Shown here: in pieces, positions 11,148-22,577 of the stretch
How positions within the stretch are numbered: position 1 is the first letter of the stretch
How the letters are laid out: every line of letters begins with the position of its first letter
Position numbers and translations under genes: made by a program
NCBI RefSeq assembly: GCF_963921235.1
Contig: NC_086100.1
Span: forward strand, 204,974,001 to 205,008,019
DNA length: 34,019 bases
Direction: 5' to 3'
DNA from: Mobula hypostoma
Taxonomy: Eukaryota
The notes under the pieces: generated by a model
The model's database searches: none
Told to the model about the DNA's origin: nothing
Seen by the model: only the letters and a program-made list of their open reading frames with translations

Positions 11148-11636
11148 CCATCAGGGAGGCTGGAGGTCTCCCAGGATTCCCACATCTGACACCCTGAACA
11201 AAGCACTAACCCTACAGGCATGCTATCTAATTCTACAGGAATGAAACAGGAAAAATAAGTCTACTCATCCACTTACCTCGCCAAACAGACGAACTTTTTA
11301 AACCGTTAGCTCGTACCGTTAGCTGTGAGAGCCCTGCTGTTCCTGTCTGTCCGGGCCGATTCGCGAAAGGGGTGGGGGGAGAGAAAAAAAAGAGTTGGTG
11401 CTTTGCTCTCGCCTCTTCCTGTTTACCGCCGAAGCCCGTCGAAGCCAAAGCCCTACACTGTGCTCCACTCACTCTGCTGCCCGCTGTATAGGGTGGTCTC
11501 CTTTTTAAACTCTCCGCGCGGTCCTGTTGACGTCACGCGCCTGTGCAGTCTCGCACTTCTTGCACTCAAAGAAGTTTTTAAAAAATCTGCCTTCCTTCAG
11601 AATTCAGCTGCCACGACGCTCTGTAGTCCCGATCCA
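11148..11636 (-). mobile_element. CR1-D copy 1 ORF1 N-terminus and 5' UTR
   Basis: CSGCQMWESWETSSLPDG joins ICARC at 9440 to complete the zinc finger. CpG-rich UTR resembles 27300-27550. Confidence 0.8.
11476..11550 (-). promoter_or_regulatory. Putative CR1 internal promoter (NRF1-like, CRE, TATA-like)
   Basis: GACTGCACAGGCGCG-TGACGTCA..TTTAAAAAG..ATACAGCGGGCAGC. Shared with 27416-27491. Confidence 0.45.
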
Positions 11637-11980
11637 AAAGGTGTAACCCGTCTATTTTGAACAGGTCATACTTCCCCCAGAAGAGATACCAATTATCCAA
11701 GAATCTGAAGCTCTGCCCCCTACACCAGTCTCTCAGCCACGCATTCATCTGCCTGATCCTACTATTCTTGCCCTCGCTAGCATGTGGCACAGGTAGCAAT
11801 CCTGAAATTACTACCCTGGAGGTCCTGGTTCTCAGCTTCCTTCCTAACCCCCGGAAATCTCTCTTCAGGACCTCCTCCTTTGTCCTATGTATGTCATTGG
11901 TACCAACACGTACCAAGACAACTGGCTGCTCACCCTCTCCCTTCAGAATATTCTGGACCCGATCCGAGACATCCCGTACC
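11637..11980 (-). mobile_element. CR1-D copy 2 ORF1 fragment (3' part)
   Basis: Near-identical to 8652-8990. VGTND, DGLHL. Confidence 0.85.
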
Positions 11981-12222
11981 ATAGTACCATAGAACCATAG
12001 AAACTGCAGCACAGAAACAGGCCCTTCGGCCCTTCTTGCCTGTGCCGAACCATTTTCTGCCTAGTCCCACTGACCTGCACACGGACCATATCCCTCCATA
12101 CACCTCCCATCCATGTATCTGTCCAATTTATTCTTAAATGTTAAAAAAAAACCCGTATTTACCACCTCGTCTGGGAGCTCATTCCATACTCCCACCACTC
12201 TCTGTGTGAAGAAGCCCCCCCT
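11981..12222 (-). mobile_element. CR1 family E 3' end
   Basis: FFTQRVVGVWNELP..LDRYM. (TGGTTCTA)n tail. Continues at about 13048. Confidence 0.85.
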
Positions 12223-13047
12223 AATAGAAAATAGGAAAATAGGTGCAGGAGTAGGCCATTCGGCCCTTCGAGCCTGCAGCGCCATTTATTATGATCATGG
12301 CTGATCATCCAACTCAGAACCCCGCCCCAGCCTTCCCTCCATACCCCCTGACCCCTGTAGCCACAAGGGCCATATCTAACTCCCTCTTAAATATAGCCAA
12401 TGAACTGGCCTCAACTGTTTCCTCTGGCAGAGAATTCCACAGATTCACCACTCTCTGTGTGAAGAAGTTTTTCCTAATCTCGATCCTAAAAGGCTTCCCC
12501 TCTATCCTCAAACTGTGGCCCCTCGTTCTGGACTTCCCCAACATCGGGAACAATCTTCCTGCATCGAGCCTGTCCAATCCCTTTAGGATTTTATACGTTT
12601 CAATCAGATCTCCCCTCAATCTTCTAAATTCCAACGAGTACAAGCCCAGTTCATCCAGTCTTTCTTCATATGAAAGTCCTGCCATCCCAGGAATCAATCT
12701 GGTGAACCTTCTTTGTACTCCCTCTATGGCAAGGATGTCTTTCCTCAGATTAGGGGACCAAAACTGCACACAATACTCCAGGTGTGGTCTCACCAAGGCC
12801 TTGTACAACTGCAGTAGTACCTCCCTGCTCCTGTACTCGAATCCTCTCGCTATAAATGCCAGCATACCATTCGCCTTTTTTACCGCCTGCTGTACCTGCA
12901 TGCCACTTTTAATGATTGGTGTATAATGACACCCAGGTCTCGTTGCACCTCCCCTTTTCCTAATCGGCCACCATTCAGATAATAATCTGTTTTCCTATTT
13001 TTGCCACCAAAGTGGATAACTTCACATTTATCCACATTAAATTGCAT
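12223..13047 (-). mobile_element. CR1 family B 3' fragment inserted in CR1-E
   Basis: Near-identical to 9450-10264. LVRPHLEYCVQFWSP. Confidence 0.92.
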
Positions 13048-16000
13048 CCCTTTAATTGTTCCCTTTAAACTTTTCCCCCCTCACCCTTTACCCATGTCCT
13101 CTGGTTTTTTTCTCCCCTTACCTCAGTGGAAAAAACCTGCTTGCATTCACTCTATCTATACCCATCATAATTTTATATACCTCTATCAAATCTCCCCTCA
13201 TTCTCTACGCTCCAGGGAATAAAGTCCTAACCTATTCAACCTTTCTCTGCAACTGAGTTTCTCAAGTCCCGGCAACATCCTTGTAAACCTTCTCTGCACT
13301 CTTTCAACCTTATTAATATCCTTCCTGTAATTTGGTGACCAAAACTGAACACAATACTCCAGATTCGGCCTCACCAATGCCTTATACAACCTCATCATAA
13401 CATTCCAGCTCTTATACTCAATACTTCGATTAATAAGGGCCAATGTACCAAAAGCTCTCTTTACGACCCTATCTACCTGTGACAACACTTTTAGGAAATT
13501 TTGTATCTGTATTCCCAGATCCCTCTGTTCCACTGCACTCCTCAGTGCCTTACCATTAACCCTGTATGTTCTACGTTGGTTTGTCCTTCCAATGTGCAAT
13601 ACCTCACACTTGTCAGTATTAAACTCCATCTGCCATTTTTCAGCCCATTTTTCCAGCTGGTCCAAGTCCCTCTGCAGGCTCTGAAAACCTTCCTCACTGC
13701 CTACTACACCTCCAGTCTTTGTATCATCAGCAAACTTGCTGATCCAATTTGCCACATTATCATCCAGATCATTGATATAGATGACAAATAACAATGGACC
13801 CAGCACTGATCCCTGTGGCACACCACTAGTCACAGGCCTCCACTCAGAGAAGCAATTCTCTACCACCACTCTCTGGCTTCTTCCATCGAGCCAATGTCTC
13901 ATCCAATTTACCACCTCTCCATGTATACCTAGCGACTGAATTTTCCTAACTAACCTCCCATGCGGGACCTTGTCAAAGGCCTTACTGAAGTCCATGTAGA
14001 CAATATCCACTGCCTTCCCTTCATCCACTTTCCTGGTAACCTCCTCGAAAAACTCCAACAGATTGGTCAAACATGACCTACCATGCACAAAGCCATGTTG
14101 ACTCTCCCTAATAAGCCCCTGTCTATCCAAATGCTTGTAGATTCTGTCTCTTAGTACTCCCTCCAATAACTTACCTACTACTGACATTAAACTCACCTGC
14201 CTATAATTTCCTGGATTACTTTTCGATCCTTTTTTAAACAACGGAACAACATGAGCCACTCTCCAATTTCCAGCACTTCACCCGTAGACAGCGACATTTT
14301 AAATATTTCTGCCAGGGCCCCCGCAATTTCAACACTAGTCTCCTTCAAGGTCGGAGGGAACACTCTGTCAGGTCCCAGGGATTTATCCACTTTAATTTTC
14401 CTCAAGACAGCAAGCACCTCCTCCTTTTCAATCTGTACAGTTTCCCTGGTCTCACTACTTGATTCCCTCAATTCCATAGATTTCATGCCAGCTTCTTTAG
14501 TAAATACAGACGCAAAAAACCTATTTAAGATCTCCCCCATTTCCTTTGGTTCCGCACAAAGCCGACCACTCTAATCTTCAAGAGGACCAATTTTATCCCT
14601 TACAATCCTTTTGCTCTTAATATCCTTGTCAAAGCTCTTTGGATTATCCTTCACTTTGACTGCCAAGGCAACCTCATGTCTTCTTTTTGCCCTCCTGATT
14701 TCTTTCTTAAGTATTTTCTTGCGCTTCTTATACTCCTCAAGCACCTGATTTACCCCCTGTTTCCTATACATTTCATACAACTCCCTCTTCTTCTTTATCA
14801 GAGTTGCAATATCCCTTGAGAACCAAGGTTCCTTATTCCTATTCAATTTACCTTTAATCCTGACAGGAACATACAAACTCTGCACTCTCAGAATTTCCCC
14901 TTTGAAGGCTTCCCACCTACCAATCACATCTTTGCCAGAGAACAACCTCTCCCAATCCATGCTTTTTAGATCCTTTCTCATTTCTTCAAATTTGGCCTTC
15001 TTCCAGTTCAGAACCTCAACCAGATCTATCCTTGTCCATGATCAAATTGAAACTAATGGTGTTACGATCACTGGAACCAAAGTGCTCCCCTACACAGACT
15101 TCTGTCACTTACCCTAATTCGTTACCTAACAGGAGATCCAATATTGCATCCCCTCTGGTTGGTCCCTCTATATTTTGATTTAGAAAACTTTCCTGAACAC
15201 ATTTTACAAATTCTAAACCATCTAGACCCCTAACAGTATGGGAGTCCCAATCAATGTATGGAAAATTAAAATCCCCTACCACCACAACTTTATGTTTCCT
15301 GCAGTTGCGTGCTATCTCTCTGCAGATTTGCTCTTCCAAGTCTCGTTGACTATTGGGTGGTCTGTAATACAATCCCACTAATGTGGCCATACCTTTTCTG
15401 TTTCTCAGCTCCACCCATAAGGACTCAGTAGACAAGCCCTCTAATCTGTCCTGCCTGAGCACTGCTGTAATATTTTCCCTAACAAGCAATGCTACTCCCC
15501 CACCTTTCATTCCTCTGCTTCGATCACATCTGAAACATCGGAACCCTGGAATATTAAGCTGCCAGTCCTGCCCCTCCTGTAGCCATGTTTCACTAATTGC
15601 TACAACATCATAATTCCACGTGTCAATCCACGCACTCAGCTCATCCACCTTCCCCGCAATACTCCTAGCATTGAAATATATACACCTCAGAAGATTTTTA
15701 CCACCACTCACAACCTTTCTATCAGCGGATTTGCTTAAACTTTCAACATCATTTATTTTCACCCCAGCCACAATGTCAGCTCTGGCACTCTGGTTCCCAT
15801 CCCCCTGCAAATCTAGTTTAAAGCCTCCCCAATAGCACTAACAAACCTCCCTGAAAGGATATTGGTCCCCCTGTGGTTCAAGTGTAACCTGTCTCTCTTG
15901 TACAGGTCCCACCTGCCCCAGAAGAGGTCCCAATGATTCTGAAATCTGAAACCCTGCCCCCTACACCAGTTCCTCAGCCACTTGTTCCTCCTCCAGCGCA

Positions 16001-16313
16001 TCCTATTCCTACCCTCACTGGCACCTAGCACAGGTAGCAATCCTGAGATTACCACCCTTGAGGTCCTGCTTTTCAACTTCCTACCAAGCTCTCTATACTC
16101 ACTGTCCAGGACCTCTTCACTCTTGCTTGCTATGTCATTGGTAGCGATGTGCACCACGACATCTGGCTGGTCACCCTCCCACTTCAGAATGTCATGCAAT
16201 CGATCAGAGACATCCTTGACCCTGGCACCTGGGAGGCAACAAACCATCCTGGATTCTCTGTCACGACCACAGAACCTTCTATCTGCACCTCTAACTATCG
16301 AGTCCCCTATCAC
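13048..16313 (-). mobile_element. CR1 family E main body (partial ORF1, APE, RT)
   Basis: CIYFNARS, ISETWL, VGDFN, GVPQGSVLGP, KFADDTK. ORF1 GDSIVRG..ATND..DRLHLN. Confidence 0.92.
15813..15822 (-). promoter_or_regulatory. Candidate -1 frameshift site T_TTA_AAC_TAG (CR1-E)
   Basis: ORF1 ends GCT TTA AAC TAG. -1 frame FKLDLQGDGN continues into the APE ORF 15109..15810. Confidence 0.65.
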
Positions 16314-16720
16314 TACCCTGGCACCTGGGAGGCAACACAGCATGCGGGTATCTCTATCAGGCTCACAGAATCTCCTGTCCGTTCCCCTGACCATGGAATC
16401 CCCTATGACTACCACATTCCTCTTCTCCCTCCTTCCCTCCTGCACAACAGCGCCAGAGCTCCTGTCACCGTGGGCGTCCCCTGTCAGGTCATTCCCCTGA
16501 ACAGCATCCAGAACAAGGTATTTGTTACTGAGGGGGAAGCCACAGGTGTGTCTCCACTATCCAGGCATTTTCCTTCCCTCTCCTGACAGTCACCCAGTTT
16601 TCTGACCCCTGTAGCCTCGGGATGACTACCTCCCTGTAGCTCCTGTCTATTACCTTTTCACTTTCCCTAATAAGTAGTGGGTCATCAAGCTGCAGCTCCA
16701 GATCCCTAACACGGTCTCTG
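16314..16720 (-). mobile_element. CR1-D copy 2 ORF1 fragment (5' part)
   Basis: Near-identical to 8990-9410. Rejoins 11980 through a duplicated tacc. Confidence 0.85.
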
Positions 16721-17382
16721 CGTTTGTCAGCCGAAGTTTCTCTCCTTCAGAGAGAAAATATCCACTCACAAGTTGGAGTTTCTGGCGCTGAAATGGGCGG
16801 CGGTTGACAAGTTGAGGTGAGGATGGACAACAATCCTCTCACTTATATTCTGACCTCGGCAAAACTGGACGCTACAGGGCATTGTTGGTTAGCGGCCTTG
16901 TCTGCCTATGAGTTCAGCCTGAAGTACCGGCCAGGGAGCTGGAGCATCCATGCAGACGTTTTATCTCGTCGGGCGCATGAGGGATCGGACACGGACGAGG
17001 AGTGAGAGAGCGGGCCTGTCCTGGGAATGAAGGCCATGTGTCAATTTGCGAGCGACGCTAAAGCATAAGACCCGATGGGGCCGGATTGGGCAGTGGATCA
17101 ATTGGGGGTTGATGATGACGCGCTACCCACTGTTTACTGTAATTTGACTGCTCTGAAGAACAAGCAGTTGCCGGAGTTGAGCCCCCGGGAAGTGGGGGCA
17201 GTTCAGCGAGATGACCCGGGCATTGGTACTATCCGGTACGCGGCTAAGAAGGAGGATATGGCTCAGGCTGAGAAGGCGAAACACGCCTCACTGCCCTTAC
17301 TACTGAAAGAGTGGCCTCGGTTGAAGGTGAAGAACCAAATCTTATACCGGGTCACGTCGCCCCCGGCATTGCCAGTTGGTCC
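16721..17382 (+). pseudogene. pol: Gypsy pol: RNase H and linker
   Basis: HKLEFLALKWA, DNNPLTYILTSAKLDATGHCWLAALS..YRPG..ADVLSR. Confidence 0.88.
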
Positions 17383-18340
17383 TGTCACGGACCCCGTGAC
17401 AGGGATAAAGAACCGGCAGAGATGGAAAACACTTTTTTAGTCTCGTATTGCTATAAACTAATAATATTTATGAGTAACTACGCAATACAGTAATATAAAT
17501 GTAAATAAATCAAACAGGTTAGCGATGATTATATATAAAAGTAAGTGCGCAAAATACATGTATGAAAAAACCAAGCTTCGTTAAGTCTAGGGGTAAAAAG
17601 ATACAGTCTTACGATGTTGAGTAAAGTTCAGTTCGTGGTGCTTAGTTGAGGAGAGGGGGGGAGAGAGAGAGGGGAAGAGAGAGAGAGAGGGGAAGAGAGA
17701 GAGAGAGGGGAGAGAGACACGAGTCGAGTCGAGTCTTCACGTGAGCTGATGCTGTCGTCCTCCGAAATCCTTTACAAGTCACCAACTGTGACTTTAACCA
17801 GGGGGACCGATCTTCTGTGGTGGAGCTATCACCCAGGCGAGGGTGGACACATAGATAACTCCCCACCAGTCAACCCCTTCTTCACCGATGGAATAGCAAT
17901 TTTGGATTGATCCGCCTGATCGATCCTCCAAAACCCACTTTCTCTGCGGGCATAACAATGCTCCTTCAGTGTCCAGATCATGTGTCCTGAGGTCTGTATC
18001 ATCTGACCTCCCATTTATTTTACCAGGCTGAGCATCGCCTGTCATTCAAAGAGCCCCTCCCTCCTTTGTCTGTAAAGGAGTGCAAGCAGGCAACATGTCC
18101 TTGAAAGTAACATCAACAACCAGCCTTTGGTCATCATAACAACCTTCGAGCTGCTCGGTGCTGTCTCTAACTCCAAGCTCAGTAAAAATCCGAAATTACT
18201 TTCAATGCCTTAAAGTGACAGTCCAACCGTTAATCTTCGTCTTTCTCTCTCTCTCTCTTTTCAAACAAACCATCAATGATGAATGTCTCTCTCTGTCTCT
18301 CTTCGAACAGTTAATAGGGGCACTCCAGGATCCCCTCATA
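17383..18340 (-). mobile_element. Solo LTR (958 bp) of the Gmr1-like family, inserted in Gypsy pol
   Basis: Homologous end to end with LTR 22578-27868. 4-bp TSD GTCC (17379-17382, 18341-18344). Removing it restores QLVLPEKY. Confidence 0.88.
17648..17717 (+). repeat. (GA)-rich microsatellite within LTR
   Basis: Imperfect gagaga/ggggaa array. Confidence 0.8.
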
Positions 18341-18962
18341 GTCCTGCCTGAGAAGTATCAGAAGACTGTGCTCAAGTCACTACATGATGATTCCAGGCAT
18401 TTGGGGGTGGAAAGGACCTAAGGATTACTCGAGGACTGGTTTTACTGGCCCCGGATGAAGTGGGAGGTTGAAGAATACTGTAAGAAATGCAGTCGTTGCA
18501 TCAGGAGGAAGACCCTGCCTGCACAGGCGGCTCCTTTGTCCCACTTGCAGAGTGCGGGACCCATGGACCTGGTGTGTATGGATTTCCTGTCTATTGAGCC
18601 AGACACCAGCAACACCGCGAATGTCTTGGTCATCACGGATCACTACACTAGCTATGCTCAGGCAGTTCCCACTAAGGACTAGAAAGTGACTACAGTGGCA
18701 AAGGTGTTATGGGAGACGTACATTGTTCATTATGGCCTCCCCAGGCAGATCCATAGTGATCACGGACGGGACTTCGAGAGCAGGCTTATCAATGAATTAC
18801 TCGACATGCTTGAGGTCGAGAAATCCAGGACCATGCCCTACCACCCACAGGGTGATCCTCACCCCGAGAGGTTTAACCGGACCCTGTTAGACATGTTCGG
18901 GACTCTGGAGATCATTCAGAAGAGTAAGTGGAGTCAGCACATTGGGCATTTGGTTCACTGCT
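18341..18962 (+). pseudogene. pol: Gypsy integrase (HHCC zinc finger + DDE core)
   Basis: LHDDSRHLG..YWP..CSRC; CMDFL; HSDHGRDFES; YHPQGDPHPERFNRTL. Confidence 0.9.
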
Positions 18963-19220
18963 GAATTGTTCACTGCACAATTGAACAAAGCATCTTGTGA
19001 ATCTACTCATGGTAGTGAGAAACGAGAGATTGCATAATCTGGGTCCAGGAGGAAATGCAGACTCCCGAAGAGAAACTCAAGATGCACATAAAAGCGGGGA
19101 GAGCCAACGTCGTGTACTCTCATAATGAAGGATATTTGGAGAAGTTTCTTAACCATTATATGGTCTGTCAGGGCATGGGATACAATAGTTCAACTGTTCG
19201 ATGATGAGATCCTAACCCCT

Positions 19221-19250
19221 GGTCTCGACTCGAAATGTCCACAGCCATTT
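19221..19250 (+). repeat. Short Penelope pLTR/hammerhead remnant split by CR1-C
   Basis: GGTCTCGACTCGAAATGTCCACAGCCA joined to TTTCCACTGA (22471-22480) resembles the reverse complement of 1056-1095. Confidence 0.4.
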
Positions 19251-22200
19251 AACCATATAACCATTATTACACGGAAACAGGCCATCTCGGCCCTTCTAGT
19301 CCAGGCCGAACGCTTACTCTCACCTAGTCCCACCAACCTGCACTCAGCCCATAACCCTCCATTCCTTTCCTGTTCATATATCTATCCAATTTAACTTTAA
19401 ATGACAACATTGAACCTGCCTCAACCACTTCTACTGGAAGCTCATTCCACATAGCTACCACTCTCTGAGTAGAGAAGTTCCCCCTCATATTACCCCTAAA
19501 CTTTTGCCCTTTAACTCTCATCTCATGTCTTCTTTTTTGAATCTCCCCCACTCTCAATGGAAAAAGCCTATCCACGTCAACTCCATCTATCCCCCTCATA
19601 ATTTTAAATACCACTATCAAGTACCCCTCAACCTTCTACGCTCCAAAGAATAAAGACCTAACTTGATCAACCTTTCTCTGTAATTTAGGAGATGAAAGCC
19701 AGGCAACATTTTAGTAAATCTCCTCTGTACTCTCAATTTTATTGACATCTTTCCTATAATTCGGTGACCAGAACTGTGCACTATACTCCAAATTTGGCCT
19801 CACCAATGCCTTATACAATTTCAACATTTCATCTCAGCTCCTATACTCAATGCTCCGATTTATAAAGGCCAGCATACCAAAAGCTTTCTGCACCACCCTA
19901 TCCACATGAGATTCCACCTTCAGGGAACTATGCACCATTATTTCTAGATCCCTCTGTTCTACTGCATTCTTCAATGCCCTACCATTTACCATGTATGTCC
20001 TATTTTGATTAGTCCTACCAAAATGTAACACCTCACATTTATCAGCATTAAGCTCCAGCTGCCATCTTTCAGCCCACTCTTCTAACTGGCCTAAATCTCT
20101 CTGCAAGCTTTAAAAACCCACTTCATTATCCACAACGCCACCTATCTTAGTATCATCTGCATACTTTCTCATCCAATTTACCACCCCATCATCCAGATCA
20201 TTATGATATATGACAAACAACATTAGACCCAGTACAGATCCCTGAGGCACACCACTAGACACCGTCCTCCAATCTGACACACAGTTATCCACCACTACAC
20301 TCTGGCGTCTCCCATCCAGCCACTGCTGAATCCATTTTACTACTTCGATATTAATGCCTAATGATTGAACCTTCCTAACTAACCATCCATGTGGAACCTT
20401 GTCAAAGGCGTTACTAAAGTCTCTAAAGACAGCATCCACCGCTTTACGCTCGTCAACTTTCCTAGTAACCTCATCAAAAAGTTCAATAAGATTTGTGAAA
20501 CATGACCATTCACGCACAAATCGATGTTGACTGTTCCTAAGCAGACCCTGTCTATCCAGATAATTATATATACCATCTCTAAGAATACTTTCCATCAATT
20601 TACCACCACTGACATCAAACTCACAGGCCAATAATTGCTAGGTTTACTCCTAGAATTCTTTTGAAACAAGGGAACCACATGAGCAATACGCCAACCCTCC
20701 GGCACCATCCCCGTTTCTAATGACATTTGAAAGATTTCTGTTAGAGCCCCTCCTATTTCCACACTAACTTCCCTCAAGGTCCTAGGGAATATCTTGTCCG
20801 GACCCGGAGACTTATACATTTTTATATTCCTGAAAATCACCAGTACTTCTTCTTCTTTAATCGTCATACTTTCCATAACTACCCTTCTTGTTTCCTTTAT
20901 CTTACACAATTCAATATCCTTCTCCTTAGTGAATACCAAAGAAAAGAAAGTATTCAGAATCTGCCCCATCTCTCTTCGCTCCGTACATAGCCATCCACTT
21001 TGATTCTCTAAGGGAGCAATTTTATCTCTCACTATCCTTTTGCTATTAATATGGCTGTAGAAACCCTTTGGATTTATTTTCACCCTACTTACCAAAGCAG
21101 CCTCGTATCTTTTAGCTTTTCTAATTTCTTTCTTCAGATTCTTTGTACATTCTTTATACTCCTCGAGCACCTCATTAACTCCACGCTGCCTACATTTATT
21201 GTAGATCCTTCTCTTTTTCCGAACCGTTTCCAATATCCCATGAACACCATGGCTCTTCCAACCTAAATTTACTTGCATAATTGTTGCCCTTCTACCTTAC
21301 TGTCTTTACACCGTTTATTCTGCTTCTCTTTCCTCAAAGCCTCTCCGTATGTTAGATCTGGTTTTACTCTATGCACTCCTTTCACTGCTCTATCGCTCTG
21401 TGTCCCATCCCCCTCACAAATTAGTTTAAACCCTCCCGAACCATGCTAGCAAACCTACCTGCAAGGATATTGCTCCCCCTTGAGTTCAGTTGCAACCCAT
21501 CCAATCTGTACAGGTCCCACCTTCCCCAGAAGAGATCCTAATGGTCTAAAAATCTAAAACCCTGCTCCCTGCACCAACTCCTCAGCCACGCATTCAACTG
21601 CCATCTCCTCCAATTCTTACCATCACTGTCACGTAGCACTGGCAGCAATCCTGAGAACGTCACCCTTGAGGTCCTGTTCTTCAGCCTTCTGCCCGTTTCC
21701 CGAAACTCACACTTCAGGACCTCATCCCTCTTCCTGCCTATGTCGTTGGTCCCAACATGTATCACGACTTATGGTTGCTTTCCCTCTCGTACCAGAATGT
21801 CGTGCACCCGGTCAAAGACATCCCGGACCCTGGCACCCGGGAGGCAACAAACCATGCAGGTGTCCTTCTCACGTCCACAAAATCTACTGTCTGCACCCCT
21901 GACTATAGAGTCTCCAATGACGACTGCTCTCATCTTCTCCGTCCCACCCTTCTGCACCACAGGGTCAGACTCAGTGCCAGAGGCCCTGCCACCATGGCTC
22001 ACACCCGGTCGGTCGACCCGCCAACAGTATCCAGGACGGTAAACTTATTATTCAGGGAATGGCTGCAGGGGTGCCCTGCACTACCTGTCTGCTCACCTTC
22101 GCTTTCCCCCCTCTGACTGTCACCCAACAACCTGCTTCCGACAGCCTATTTGTGACTACCTCCCTGTAGCTCTCATCTATGACTGCCTCATTCTCCCTTA

Positions 22201-22470
22201 TGAGTCAAAGGTCATCCAGGTGCTGCTCCAGATTCCTTACACAGTCTTCCAGATCGCCCAGCTGCATGCACTTCTGGCAGATGTGACTCTGTGGGAGAGG
22301 GGAGTTCCCGCAAGACTGCCACATCTCACATGAGAGGGACCTCACCATCTCCGGAGACATTGTGAAAAATAACTGCGAGCTAGCTCGTCCTCCGCCTCTT
22401 CTCGTCGAAGCCTCTCGAGTCAAAGCCTCAAAGCTCCACTCCTTCACTGGCCCACTCACGCACTGGCCGC
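19251..22470 (-). mobile_element. CR1 family C, near full-length but lacking the APE domain
   Basis: (TGGTTATA)n tail. RT with KYADDTK. ORF1 VVIGDSIVRG, HVGTND and degenerate Zn finger. Deletion near 21270. Confidence 0.9.
21421..21430 (-). promoter_or_regulatory. Candidate -1 frameshift site T_TTA_AAC_TAA (CR1-C)
   Basis: ORF1 ends REGLN*. -1 frame FKLICEGDGTQS.. is open for about 48 codons up to the deletion. Confidence 0.6.
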
Positions 22471-22577
22471 TTTCCACTGAAGCCTGGAGATGTCGTGAAA
22501 TGAATGGTTATAGCATATGAATAAGAAAGTGCAGTTGTGAGATTATAAAGGATGTATCACACTAAAGGAATATACCT

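Noticed and set aside
9517..11151. RT ORFs as a bacterial retron, group II intron or DGR system
   Set aside because: GVPQGSVLG/FADD RT with an APE domain, esterase ORF1 and LVRPHLEYC C-terminus is diagnostic of vertebrate CR1 LINEs.
12291..12926. Recurrent plus-strand ORFs such as MNLLCTPSMARMSFLRL and MPPKWITSHLS
   Set aside because: They recur only because they are antisense to repeated CR1 RT copies.
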